A stretch of 64,000 nt of DNA from Octopus sinensis (GCF_006345805.1 NC_043000.1:138694001-138758000), one strand, 5' to 3'; shown: positions 35,734 through 49,246, numbered from the stretch's first letter. The notes: generated by a model not told the origin, from the letters alone. Numbers and translations: made by a program.

Positions 35734-37201
35734 ATATATATATATATTGGCCATTCCTTATATATTTGAATATATATATATATTCATAAACCACAATGTG
35801 TTCACTCTGCAAATATTAATATCTGGCCTGAACAATTATACCAGCTTTGTACCATTGTACCATTATGAAAACAATCTGTAACATTCAGAATTATGCTTAC
35901 ATTGCTAAAGAGTAGTTTTATACCATTCACCATTTGCAGCTTGAAAGGAAGGGTTTTAAGGAAGATAAAACTCCTCTGTTAGATTCTTGTTCAAAGCATT
36001 GCAAGACTTTTGCCTTAACTATAGGGTTAAATTTCACAGAAAATTATCTACATATCTATTAAATAGGGCATGCCGGGAATGATCAGTCCGAGATGTATCG
36101 TTAATGGTAAATGTTTTTGATTTTCACTCTCGATAAATTTATCTATAAATTTATCCCTTTTTTTGTGCCCCTAGCACTTGGCATCCTTATTTAGGAGCCC
36201 TTAATTATATTTCTATATGAATAATATTTTTCTGTATGAATAATATTTTGTCTAATGACTAATTCGTCTTTTGTGCTGGGCCACTGGTAGTAATCTATAT
36301 TATTACCCTTTGTTTATATCTATTAAATATATGGATATAATTCTGTGTATTTATTTATGGTATTTACATTCTTCTGGCTGGAAAAGTAACCATTTCTTTC
36401 GTCTTCCATCAATATTGTACTCACTTTGTCGACAGCAAGAGAAAGGAAACAACAACAAGAATGTTTAACTGTAAAGCTATATCATGTATGAGTATTATTT
36501 ACCATTGTAAGAAGTAGGCAGGTGGCATATAAGTGATGAATGCTATCTTAAACTTCAGTCAAATGATGGAGAGAAATAATAATTGTATCAGTGTGTCTTC
36601 AGAATGAGTACATAAAAAGTGAAACCTTTAATAATATCAAGAACACTTCGATGAGGAGCAGGTACAGAAATCATAAGATAAGTTCAAGAACATAATCTTC
36701 AAAAGATGCTTTTGTATTGATAAACTAAAATGGTGTTGGTTTTGTTTGGCTTCAGGTCATCTTCCATTGACGAGACCAATGATCAAAGATATTCCAGCTG
36801 TTACCATGTAACCATACTATTCTCATTCTCAAATGTAAAACTACATCATTCAACATGTTATTTTATTTTTTAAGACTTGGATATTAAGAACATTTCAAAG
36901 CTATTTTTGTCAATTTAATCAACCACAGTGAAGGTGATCATAATTGATTTGTTCCAGCACTCTATGTTGTCATGTATGAGTCAAAGAGTTAGTTAGAGGA
37001 TATTTTAACTTAAGGTAGAAAGAATGGTTGTTCAGGAACGATTGGTCTTGTTTATATAGATTTAGTTTTAATTTAACCTCCTATTTTATTTCCTTGCTCT
37101 CAGTTCTTCTGTCTGCATCTGATAACTAAATTATAGTAAAATTAACCCAAAGATGATATTCGTATTCCATAATTCAAATATCTAAGTGATATCTAAGTGA
37201 T

Positions 37202-37610
37202 AGGTGCAGGAGTGGTTGTGTGGTAAGTAGCTTGCTAACCACCCACATGGTTCCGGGTTCAGTCCCACTGTGTGGCATCTTGGGCAAGTGTCTTCTGCTA
37301 TAGCCTCGGGCCGACCAATGCCTTGTGAGTGGATTTGGTAGACGGAAACTGAAAGAAGCCTGTCGTATATATGTATATATATATATGTATGTGTGTGTGT
37401 GTTTGTGTGTCTGTGTTTGTCCCCCTAGCATTGCTTGACAACCGATGCTGGTGTGTTTACGTCCCCGTCACTTAGCGGTTCGGCAAAATAGACCGATAGA
37501 ATAAGTACTGGGCTTACAAAGAATAAGTCCTGTGGTCGATTTGCTCGACTAAAGGCTGTGCTCCAGCATGGCCACAGTCAAATGACTGAAACAATTAAAA
37601 GAAAGAATGA
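37202..37610 (+). mobile_element. SINE family A, full length
   Basis: Head, core and tail present. Confidence 0.9.
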
Positions 37611-38140
37611 GAGAGATATATATTGTAATATTAAGAAATTTTTCTCACATTCCACTGGAAGTAAGTAAGAGTTATATCCATTACAATTGGATACTTTGAT
37701 CTTATCAAAAATTTTAGGATATTGAAAATCAATTTAGGGGATTGTATGTGAAGTTTAAATTTAAGCCAAACAGGTATTTTCTGCATGCTAGGTTGACCTG
37801 CTACAAAATAGCAGCTAAATATCCTCAAATCACTTCCAACCATTTTATAGGAAATATGTTTTGGTCTTAGACACATCAGACACTATGTCTAAATTACAGA
37901 TATCATAGTGAAAGCTGAAATTATTTGGTGCATATGTGTTCTGGGTGAGGATTAATCCAGTACTAAATTGCCACAAGATATGTAGTAAGTATCGTGATGC
38001 CATATTACTTTAGCATTCATTTTAATCATGATCTGAATAAAATGAATGAAATTGTCTATTGCTAAAAGCAGAGTCAACTCTACTTTATGATCAAAGATGT
38101 ACCAGCTGCAGTGAGTAAATTATAATTTTTTTATATCTAA

Positions 38141-38645
38141 CTAGCAGTATCGCCCGGCATTGCTCGGGCTTGTAAGGGAAATAACTATATAAGCATTTTT
38201 AGAGAGTTACTTCCCTTATAGATGCCAATTCGGGCTTTCTTAGCCATTTCTGTTTTGGTGTCTTCAAGCCATGAAGTCGTTGTTCTAAAAGAACGCTGGT
38301 CTCCTTGACAACACTTTACGACGTTGATTTCCTTACACTCCCTTCCCCACAGCTTCACGAGGGAGGGAAGAAGGGGGAGAAGCAAACAGGTGCAGGTGTG
38401 ACCATGGACGCCAACTCCACCGCCATCGACACACGAAAAATTATGCATTAAAATGGAATAAAAAATGATGTTAAATTATTTTTAAAATCGTAGACTCATC
38501 GTAGACGCGCGCAGACGGGCTCGATATTAATCACGACTATAAGATACCCGAATTTGGTTAAACTGCACCGCAAAATGTGGGAGTAGTTAGGAATCTAAAT
38601 CGATGGGGACAGACACTCACTCAACTACAGTTTTATATATAGAGA
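38141..38645 (-). mobile_element. Non-autonomous Helitron
   Basis: Minus strand runs 5'-TC...CTAG-3' between host A and T, with subterminal hairpin cccgagcaatgccggg. Confidence 0.85.
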
Positions 38646-39043
38646 TATGTCCTTCACTAATGTATAATTTGATGGAATCTAACAGCTATTTCCTGCAAGT
38701 TAGAAAACCATATAACGGTTCCTGTATTGGATCAGTGAAGCAAACTGTCTTGTAAAAACAAGTGTTTGTGTATGTTTATACCTTTTTGAACAGCAGCTTG
38801 TGCTATCTGATACATCTAATGTGATACATGTACCTTGTGCAACTAAATTGGAATTACGCATGTACTGATTCCATTTACAATAGAGATGTCTTTGGAACAG
38901 ATATCACAGTGAACCAGAAATGATGTTTTGTCTACCCCTTTTAAGAACTCTATGCTTGTAGATTGCAAAGTAGGCACTGACAAAGCATTGTGATAATATA
39001 AACAGGAGTATTATAAACAAAGGTTTTCTTAAGAGCACTTTAG

Positions 39044-39219
39044 CCCTTTAGTGTTTGCATTATTCTGCCAAAATTAATGCTTTTTCATCCACATTGTTTT
39101 GAACTAATCATGCATTATCTTGGTGCCATGAGATTTTGATGAGGTAGCTGTTAATTTTTAAAATGATATTGTAGGGTTGGTGTGAGAGACCAGATCTGGC
39201 CAGTTTAAATGCTAAAGGG
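39044..39219. mobile_element. piggyBac-like MITE
   Basis: ttag|ccctttag...ctaaaggg|ttaa. Confidence 0.65.
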
Positions 39220-39592
39220 TTAAATACATTGTAATCCTTTGGAAATGTTCTGTATTATTAATTCATGTAGAGCAGCATCACTTCCACTTCTGAGAAATGC
39301 TATATAGTAGAGTATATGAGCCTGAGAATAAAGTGTAGAGTTAAGAACTTGGCTGACCAATATGTTTGGGAAGGATTGCTTTAGACATTATTCAAGACAA
39401 GCTAAAAACTTGTTACAGGGAGTTTCTTTTTATTAATTAACCTTAGTCAGTTTTGCTTGAGGAGAACTATAATGTGGTGGGAACCATTCGAATGTTTTAG
39501 GCCAGGTAATAGGTCTGCTAACTTTGATGGCTTAATCTTGTGGCCACTTTGCCATTGAAAGTAAGTCATAACCATTATAACTTTATAACAGA

Positions 39593-39981
39593 CTAGCAGT
39601 ATCGCCCGGCGTTGCTCGGGTTTGTAAGGGAAATAACTATATAAGCATTTTTAGAGAGTTATAGCCAAAAAGTAGCAAAAAAATGCATTAAAAATGGAAA
39701 AAAAATTATGGTAAATTTTTTTTAAATCGTTGACTCATCGTAGACATTTTTAGAGAGTTACTTCCCTTATATAATAGCGAAAAAATGCATTAAAAATGGA
39801 AAAAATGATGGTAAATTTTTTTTTTAATCGTAGACTCCTCGTAGATGCACGCAGAAGGGCTCGATATGAATCACGACTATAAGATACCCGGTTTTGGTTA
39901 AACTGCACCGCAAAATGTGGGAGTAGTTAGGAATCTAAATTGTAGGAGACAAACACACAACCTTACTTTTATATATAAAGA
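39593..39981 (-). mobile_element. Non-autonomous Helitron, same family as 38141-38645
   Basis: Same termini and hairpin; internal duplication of about 100 bp. Confidence 0.85.
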
Positions 39982-40947
39982 TGTCTTTACATCTACATTG
40001 TAAATTATGTTTCCATTTTAAATGTTGATGCCTGAAGGACAAAAAGAAAACTCAACCTCAATGAAAGCAAATCATGAAGTAACATAAATACAACAATAAC
40101 CAGACATTTTCTCAACTGTTTCACAAATTCTATCGTTCTCTGTCCTACTAAAAAATAATATTCATTGTTTCAAAACCCACCACAAAATTCCATTGATTGT
40201 ATAAGAGATGCCAACTATTTCACAGTAAAATTAAAAGTGTACAGGCAGGAATTGAAACAATGTCTTGATACACATCCAAAACAAGAGATGACTAAACATA
40301 TCTAAGATTGAATAGGTTTCTAACGGAATTGTTTATATTAGTAATATTTAAATTATATGAATGTTCCTATGATTTCTTAAAGGTTTTTTTTTTTACTGAA
40401 TATGTATGTAAAATCTAGTTATATTAAACAGGATATATACTTCTTATATGATATTTGACATTAAGATAGATAATTTGGAAGAATCGTATTCATATTAATA
40501 AGGATATTAGTTGCAATTATCTGTAAGGAAATGTCAAATTATACGACATTACAATTAGTTCTAGGGTGAAAAACTGTAACAAATGACATACAGATGTGCT
40601 GTATTTAAATGTTACATGAAAATAACAGATGAATTATTTATACTGTTTATTTGTACAAGGCAAGAAGAATTCATTTAGAAACATATAATAATCTTGCTGC
40701 CGAAAACACTAAACCTTATTGGAAATACGAATACTGAATGAAGTATGAGTTCTCCAAAGACTGCTTAAATCAAACAGTTCTCAAATCATTTTAAAAGCTA
40801 TGTGTCACAAACCCAAATGGTTAATAATCTGTTTCCATTATCTAAGTCATGCATTTAACTGTATTATGACACCAGCAGTTTCATTACATGGCAGTGTCAT
40901 ACAATGGAAGATATGCATTCATATGACTAGAAAAATATCACATTAAT

Positions 40948-41275
40948 CATCATCATCGTTTAACGTTCGCTTTCCATGCTAGCATGGGTTGGACGATTTG
41001 ACTGAGGACTGGCGAACCAGATGGCTGCACCAGGCTCCAATCTGATCTGGCAGAGTTTCTACAGCTGGATGCCCTTCCTGATGCTGACCACTCTGAGAGT
41101 GTAGTGGGTGCTTTTACGTGCCTTGGAGGGCAGTCAAGCACTACTGGCAATGGCCATCTTCAAATGATGATTTTACGTGCCACCTGCACAGGAGCCAGTC
41201 CAGTGGCACTGGCAACGACCTTGCTTGACTGTTTTTTTGCATGCCACTGGCACAAGTGCCAATACTGGTAACAAG
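40948..41275 (-). mobile_element. RTE LINE 3' UTR fragment
   Basis: (CAT)n tail plus VNTR units. Confidence 0.85.
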
Positions 41276-41585
41276 AGTATTGAGGAAATAAATGTGTAAG
41301 ATGTGTGTGTGTGTGTGTATGTGTGTGCATATGTGTGTATGTCTAAGTGTGTGATTATGCTTTCCAATGGCTTCCACACAGTTTCTATGTACAAAATTTC
41401 ACTCACTGCTTTAGTGAATCAAAGACTCTTTTACAAGAAAACTGTCCAAGGTGTCATGCAGCAGGATTGCAAAGCCAACTTTTCCACATAGCCATGTTAT
41501 ACCAATATCTATGTTTACTTAGATTTCCCTCCTATGCACAATTACCCATTCCTCTTATACCTTTTTCTCCTAGCTTACATTACAT

Positions 41586-41998
41586 TCTCTTTTACTCTTT
41601 TACTTGTTTCAGTCATTTTGACTGCAGCCATGCTGGAGCACCACCTTTAATCGAGCAACTTGACCCCGGGACTTATTCTTTGTAAGCCCAGTACTTATTC
41701 TATCGGTCTCTTTTGCCGAACTGCTAAGTGACGGGGGACATAAACACACCAGCATCGGTTGTCAAGCGATGCTAGGGGGCCAAACACAAACACACAAACA
41801 TACACACACACACATATATATATATACATATATACGACAGGCTTCTTTCAGTTTTCGTCTACCAAATCCACTTACAAGGCTTTGGTCGGCCTGAGGCTAT
41901 AGTAGAAGACACTTGCCCAAGATGCCACACAGTGGGACTGAACCCGGAACCATGTGGTTCGTAAGCAAGCTACTTACCACATAGCCACTCCTGCGCCT
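41586..41998 (-). mobile_element. SINE family A, full length
   Basis: Head, core and tail present. Confidence 0.9.
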
Positions 41999-42289
41999 AT
42001 TGGTCAACATTATTTTTGGTGCCAAGAAACAAAACACGTTTTTTTTAGCTAATTTGATGGGGCAGATTCCAAAAATGACCTTAGTTTTTCATGGTTAGCT
42101 ACCGTTTTTGCTATACTGAAATTGCTCATTTTAGGAAAAAAAAATCAATTTATAATCTTGGCTGATCACAAAACTTAGTTAAAAATGGTAGTAGAAATCA
42201 GCATAATGACTCTTTCTGTCTTTTGCTATTGACAGTTTTGCTAGGCTTACGTCGATGCCTTTTGATTTAAGGCTTTGCTACAACAATTA

Positions 42290-43330
42290 AAATATTATCT
42301 TTAAGCTTCAACAGATCCAATTAAGTGAACTAAGTCATTCACATGCAGTATTTCTCTGCTCTCTCCTGTTTAGAATAGTTCTCCAGGCTGTAGCAAAAGA
42401 CTTGGTATGGCCTGGAGAACCATTGTAAACAGGAGGGAGCAGAGAACCAAGCCCCGATGAACACCTATCTAAATACAAGAATTCTTCAGTAGACATCCTA
42501 TTAACTATCACTTAAGATAATTTTTGAATATGGTTTTCATAGCTCAAACGACTATTCATCTACACATAGTTTTCTTGGTGGCCATCAGACTACTGAGCAA
42601 GGTACTCAATGAAAGGCCTTCTCTAAGTTGACAGAATCTAAACACATGTTTCTTTATTACCCGCAAGGGGATAAACATAGAGGGGACAAACAAGGACAGA
42701 CAAACGGATCAAGTCGATTATATCGACCCCAGTGCATAACTGGTACTTAATTTATCGACCCTGAAAGGATGAAAGGCAAAGTCGACCTCGACAGAATCTA
42801 AACATAGTGAAGTGTTCTATACTAAGAACTTATGTAGATGTGTAACTCAGAAATGAACATTTTTATTACCTCCATCCTGGTACAAATCAACTAGATTTTG
42901 TAGAACTTTCTGTTACATTCCGAATTTGGCCAATCCCTTTGATGCTTCAGGAACTACTTCCTTCAAGAGTATCTCCTTCGCTCTTGCAGAAGTTAACAAT
43001 ATTACTGCACTGTTGAGGATGAAACCACCCTGCAATTCCAAAGAAGAAATCTCTATCTGATTCTTCGAAAGGCAATAAACTGCAGCCAAATTTTTCTCAA
43101 ATACTACATTTCTGTCAAATATTGTTGAATATACAAGGTAAGCTAAAGTTGAATATAATATACCACGAAAGACTGCAAAAGTTCATGGCAAGAAAACAGG
43201 TCAAATGTTATGACACAAGTTGAAATATTTATCGTAACATGTTTGAATGAAATCAGAGAATGACAATAGTTATGAATCTGCTTCAAGTTGAATCTAAAGA
43301 ACCTATAAAGGTATCTTACAAAGTCTTTAG
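42290..43330 (-). mobile_element. Highly decayed RTE reverse transcriptase relic
   Basis: Mosaic frames give SNIVNFCKSEGDTLE (cf. IIVNCYKGKGDAL), FVPG and VNLEKAFH*VP, with many stops. Boundaries are approximate. Confidence 0.7.
42645..42789 (-). mobile_element. 5'-truncated SINE family B inserted in the RT relic
   Basis: 15-bp TSD gacagaatctaaaca at 42630-42644 and 42790-42804. Confidence 0.9.
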
Positions 43331-44242
43331 AATACTTAAACATATACTACTAAGCAACAACATTTACAAAATTACCTATTTACAGGAAAATATACTGAAT
43401 ACCAACAACAATGCTAAAAACAAGAAGTATTGACATTATTTCTAAACCTAACATCGCAGGTCCACATAGAATATATTATTGTTTCATACACAAGAATAAA
43501 GTTTGTCAACATGACACAAAGCTCTAAAATTTCTGCAATAAAATAGAAATGGCATAAAAAACACCTTTATGGAACAAAAATATTTTATCATCTCTCAAGA
43601 CATTCTTATAAACCATAATTCAGGAAACATTTTTATTATGAGAAAGGAAGACAACGATCATCATGCATTATACTGAAATCAAACACAATAGATCCTTTCA
43701 AAATGGATGTGATTGAATATCATGCATAAAAGCAGGCATATGTGTGATATGAGTGCATGTGCACACATACACACACACACACAAATATATATATATATGT
43801 ATATAAAGTTCCATAATGGTAAGATCAACAAAAAGTACACTCTGTCTGAGAGATAAATATTATTTAATAGACACAATATATGTTTTTATGTGCTACTATT
43901 AGTGTCATGCGCTGAGAGCATGCTAAACAGTATTCTTTCAGCCTTATATTCGATAGTCTAAAGGGAAATAACTCTAATCTTCCTTTATACTTCTTTCTGA
44001 TTTCCTTTTTATTTTCATTTTTTCAACCTTCCATCTTTTACGTCTACTTCTTTGTCACCTTTCCTTGCTTTTTCTCTCATCTTATCATCCCTTTTTTTGT
44101 CCACTATGTCATGCAGGCAGTGTCTGATGATTGTGTTAGAACACCAGACATGTTAAAACACCGTTTGGCATGCTCTCAGCACATGAAACTAATAGAAGCA
44201 CATAAACAGATATAGTGTGTTTATTAAGCAATATATATATAT

Positions 44243-44283
<41 letters not shown>

Positions 44284-44829
44284 TAACAATAAAGAAAGCA
44301 CAGATAAAAATACAAAATAACGTAAAAACAATCATAACAAAACCAGGACGTCAGGACAAGCGTCTTTCGACAGGACGAGTTGAGTATAGGGCTGGCTGTG
44401 GTAAAAATGCCTGAAGGCAAACGGAGCCCCAACACATACGTGTGGTCAAGCCAACTACTTGATGCGAAAGGCAGTAGTAGCTAGCTGGTCACATGAGCAC
44501 AAAAAGGAGGAAGGGACAGATGAAGAGAGAAGCAGGAGAGGGAAAGGGACAGGTCAAGTGGGGTATAAGGTCTGAGAGGCAGAGAAATGTGGGAGAGGAG
44601 GACGGAGGAAGAGAGAAAAGAAAGAAGGGGAACAAGGGAGGAGAAGAAAAAGAGGGAAAGAGACAGAACAAGGGGAGTGAAAAGGGTGAAGGCAGAGAAA
44701 AGTAGGAGAGGGGGGAAAAAGAGACAGATGTAGAGTCGTAACAATGTTAGAGAGTAATATACTTACAGTATAGGGTTAAAGGGTAGGGTACGTAGCCGCC
44801 ATGTATACGTAAAAACATATAATATATAT

Positions 44830-44879
<50 letters not shown>

Positions 44880-44880
44880 C

Positions 44881-44913
<33 letters not shown>

Positions 44914-44933
44914 ATAATATGTATATATATTTT

Positions 44934-44992
<59 letters not shown>

Positions 44993-44993
44993 T

Positions 44994-45034
<41 letters not shown>

Positions 45035-45054
45035 TATATATAATATATATATAC

Positions 45055-45264
45055 AATCGCCATGTTGATTCGTTAGCTACTGCACGCATTTTTTTTCTCT
45101 CCTTCTTTCTGTTTTTTTTTTCTCTGTGTATCTTTCTGTTGAAGAGCGTAGGCTCGAAACGTTAAAGACTTGTTTTATTTATATTTCCTGAGCGCCATAC
45201 TAATACAATTGTTCGTTTGTTTTCACCTGCCTTCGTCTTTTGTTTATTTTCATAAAGCTTCCCG

Positions 45265-45266
<2 letters not shown>
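45055..45266 (+). mobile_element. Penelope-like terminal repeat with variant minimal hammerhead at 45131-45168
   Basis: tcttt-CTGTTGA-a-gagc-gtag-gctc-GAAA-cg-tt-aaaga, flanked by (TA)n. Confidence 0.6.
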
Positions 45267-45312
<46 letters not shown>

Positions 45313-45954
45313 ATATATATATATGTTATATGTTATGTGTATGTACATGGGAGGGTGGATATGCATGTATGTGTTTGTGGGTGTATGTGAGTGCATTTAT
45401 TGTGTATGTCCCTATTGCTAGAATAGGTATTGCTAAGAGCATTTTTAAGCCAGCCCGTCAAGTTCAACCTTCGCATATTCGCCGTGTCAGGCCGAAAAAC
45501 GAAATGTTTCCAAGATAAGAAAATCTTTCTAATCTAATTCATCCCGTAATCTGTACCAGTAATATTCTCATGCAAATTTGTCTGATCTCTAGTGGTTAAG
45601 CTGTTTATTATTATTAGTATTAGTATTATCCCTTTGACCCCCAGTCGACAATTTGCAGCCCGTCAAGTTCAACCTTCGCATATTCCCGGTGCACCCGCCC
45701 TTGCCCACCCCCACCACCAATACCGGATATCTCTATATTTTTGCTCCATCTATACCGGATGTCGCTTCTCCCACCACCATTATAGGTGTCTACTCTTCGA
45801 ACCCCCCTCTTCAATACGCTATTTCACCATGCATTACCCCTCTCATGATATCCTACGTTCTACTTGTCTAGAACCTGTCATCATTTCTCCGAACACCCCT
45901 CCCCACTGGTGTTCCCCTATATTTCTGCACCCTCCCCCCACATAAAAAGCACCA

Positions 45955-46252
45955 TCCGAACGTGGCCGATGCCAGCACCACCCCGACTGGCTTCTGTGCA
46001 GGTGGCACATAAAAAGCACCAACTGACCGTGGCCGATGCCAGACCCCTCTGGCACCTGTGCAGGTGGCACGTAAAAAGCACCCACTACACTCGCGGAGTG
46101 GTTGGCGTTAGGAAGGGCATCCAGCTGTAGAAACACTGCCAGACCAGACTGGAGCCTGGGGCAGCCCCTGGCTCCCCAGACCCCGGTCGAAACCGTCCAA
46201 CCCGTGCTAGCGCGGAAAACGGACGTTAAACGATGATGATGATGATGATGAT
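45955..46252 (+). mobile_element. RTE LINE 3' UTR fragment
   Basis: Two VNTR units, gttggcgttaggaagggcatccagc, (GAT)n tail. Confidence 0.9.
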
Positions 46253-46775
46253 ATATCAGAAATGACAGACATAAATGAAAAGAAAACAGCACTGCACAAG
46301 AAAGGCAAACTTTCAAATTAAAAACAAGGAACACTAAGCACATTGATGTTATAAAAATATTAACCACCAGCAATTCTGCTGACCATCAAACCAGGTTACA
46401 CAGTACAACTACAACACTTTAACATTCTCAATGACTGCTGGTTTTCCAATATTCCAATTAGCAAAAGCAGCAACAATATTGCACAGATAATTTCCCTTTG
46501 CATCTTCAATAATCTTCACAATCACATACTTGTACATCACCAAACTAATGACAAAAACGCATCTCATAACCACCTTCTACTCCCCACACTTAGTAACTAC
46601 ACTCACTTGACAAACAATACCCTAACTTTCTTACTGCATCCTTAAGGTACTTACATATCAATGAAGAAAGTAAAAGCACCATTCTTCAAAAATATACAAT
46701 GGCAAGAGTTCCACCATGAAACAGGATCAAGTCTTTCAGAATTCAATAAACACATAATCACTAACACAAACATTT

Positions 46776-48577
46776 ACTCTTTTACTCTTTTACTTGTTTC
46801 AGTCCTTTGACTGCGGCCATGCTGGAGCACCGCCTTTAATCGAGCAACTCGACCCCGGGACTTATTCTTTTGTAAGCCCAGTACTTATTCTATCGGTCTC
46901 TTTTGCCGAACCGCTAAGTAACGGGGACATAAACACACCAGCATCGGTTGTCAAGCAATGCTAGGGGGACTAACACAGACACACAAACACACACACACAC
47001 ATATCATCATCATCATCATCATCATCGTTTAACGTCCGCTTTCCATGCTAGCATGGGTTGGACGGTTCAACTGGGGTCTGGCAAGCCCGAAGGCTGTACC
47101 AGGCCCAGTCTGATCTAGCAGTGTTTCTACAGCTGGATGCCCTTCCTAACGCCAACCACTCCGAGAGTGTAGTGGGTGATTTTATGTGCCACCGACACAG
47201 GTGCCAGACGAGGCTGGCAGACGGCCACGCTCGGATGGTGTTTTCTTATGTGTCACCGACACAAGTGCCAGACGAGGCTGGCGGACGGCCACGCTCGGAT
47301 GGTGTTTGTTACGTGCCCTCAGCACGGAGGCCAGTCATTGCGGTACTGGCTACGGTCACATTCAGATGGTTTTCTTATGTGCCACCGGCACTGGTACCAC
47401 AAGGATACAAATTCCATTGATGTTCATCTATTTTGATTTGGTTCGATTTGATTTGATTTGATTTGATTTGATTCGATTCTCACTTGCCTCAACAGGTCTT
47501 CACAAGTGTTACAAGAAGGAAGGTATGCACAGGTGGACTGACTACGTCCCAGGTAGGGGCCACGGGTTATGGCTTCACTAGTCTTGCCTGGTCTTCTCAC
47601 GCACAGCATACTTCCATAGGTCTCGGTCTCTAGTCATTTCCATGGTGAGACCTAACATCCGAAGGTCGTGCTTCACCACCTCGTCCCAGGTTTTCCTGGG
47701 TCTACCTCTTCCACGGGTTCCCTCAACTGCTAGGGATTGGCACTTTCTCACACACCTATCTTCATCCATTCTCGCCACATGACCATACCAGCGCAATCGT
47801 CTCTCTTGCACACCACAACTGATGCTTCTTAGGTACAACATTTCTCTCAAGGTACTAACGCTCTGTCGAGTAAGTACACTGACATTACACATCCATCGGA
47901 GCATACTGGCTTCGTTCCTCACGAGCTTACGCATGTCCTCAGCAGTCACGGCCCATGTTTCACTGCCATGTAGCATAGCTGTTCGTACACATGCATCATA
48001 CAGTCTGCCTTTTACTCTGAGCGAGAGGCCTTTAGTCACCAGCAGAGGTAAGAGCTCCCTAAACTTTGCCCAGGCTATTCTTATTCTAGCAGTTACACTT
48101 TCAGTGCACCCCCCCCCACTACTGACTTGGTCACCTAGATAGCGGAAGCTATCAACTACTTCTAGTTTTTCCCCCCGGAAAGTGAGGAAGTTGTTTTCTG
48201 CAGATTTTCGGAGGTCAATGCTCCAGAGCATCTGCCACATACAAAAACTATCTTCCCAGTTAGCCTACCTTTGACATTGCTGCACCTCTTATGTGTCCAT
48301 AGCTTACACTGGGTACATCTTATAGAGTTTCTACCTACACCTTTTCTACAGATCGAGCAGGGCCATCTTCCTGAGGATATTTGTGGATTGTCTACCTTTC
48401 TACTATACATATATACAACGGGCTTCTTTCAGTTTCGTCTACCAAATCCACTCACAAGGCATTGGTTGGCCCGAGGCTATAGCAGAAGACACTTGCCCAA
48501 GGTGCCACGCAGTGGGACTGAACTCGGAACCATGTGATTGGTAAACAAGCTACTTACCACACAGCCACTCCTGTGCC
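46776..48577 (-). mobile_element. SINE family A split by an RTE insertion (halves 46776-46992 and 48403-48577)
   Basis: The 3' half and 5' half flank the RTE exactly at the central microsatellite. Confidence 0.85.
46994..48402 (-). mobile_element. Young 5'-truncated RTE LINE: ORF2 C-terminal part with PHD-like Cys finger, one frameshift, full 3' UTR and (GAT)n tail
   Basis: RWPCSICRKGVGRNSIRCTQCKLWTHKRC...CGRC / EVVDSFRYLGDQV...YDACVRTAMLHGSETW...RRLRWYGHVARM...RGRGRPRKTW (ORFs 48162-48410 and 47578-48240). Confidence 0.95.
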
Positions 48578-48789
48578 ATTTCATTATATAGATTCAACAA
48601 AATAATTATGGTTGCAGTTAAATATAAATCTCATAAAACATCATAAAAAATGCAACCGCAATTACACACCAGAAATAGCAAACTCACCTCAACTAGAGCC
48701 CACCTCAAATACAATACACTGAAACCATACACAGCTAAAACTAAACTCCTCAAGATATTAATAAACATATAAATAATAAATAACATATC

Positions 48790-49246
48790 GACTGGCCTCC
48801 CTGCCGGTGGCATGTAAAAAGCACCATCCGATTGTGGCCATTGCCAGCCTCGCCTGGCCCCCATGCCAGTGGCATGTAAAAAGCACCATCCGATTGCGGC
48901 CATTGCCAGCCCCGCCTAGCCTCCCTGCCGGTGGCACGTAAAAAGCACCATCCGATTGTAGCCATTGCCAGCCTCACCTGGCCCCCGTGCCAGTGGCACG
49001 TAAAAAGCACCATCCGACCGTGGCCGTTTGCCAGCCCACTCTGGCACCTGTGCTGGTGGCACGTAAAATGCACCCACTACACTCACGGAGTGGTTGGCGT
49101 TAGGAAGGGCATCCAGCCGTAGAAACATTGCCAGATCAGACTGGGTCTGGTGCAGCCTTCTGGCTTCCCAGACCCCAGTTGAACCATCCAACCCATGCCA
49201 GCATGGAAAGCGGACGCTAAATGATGATGATGATGATGATGATGAT
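48790..49246 (+). mobile_element. RTE LINE 3' UTR fragment with about four 60-bp VNTR units
   Basis: Repeated ggtggcacgtaaaaagcaccatccga; (GAT)n tail. Confidence 0.9.

Noticed and set aside
42910-43173. 88-codon minus-strand open frame that looked like an exon
   Set aside because: A neighbouring frame carries RTE reverse transcriptase motifs, so the region is a decayed LINE.
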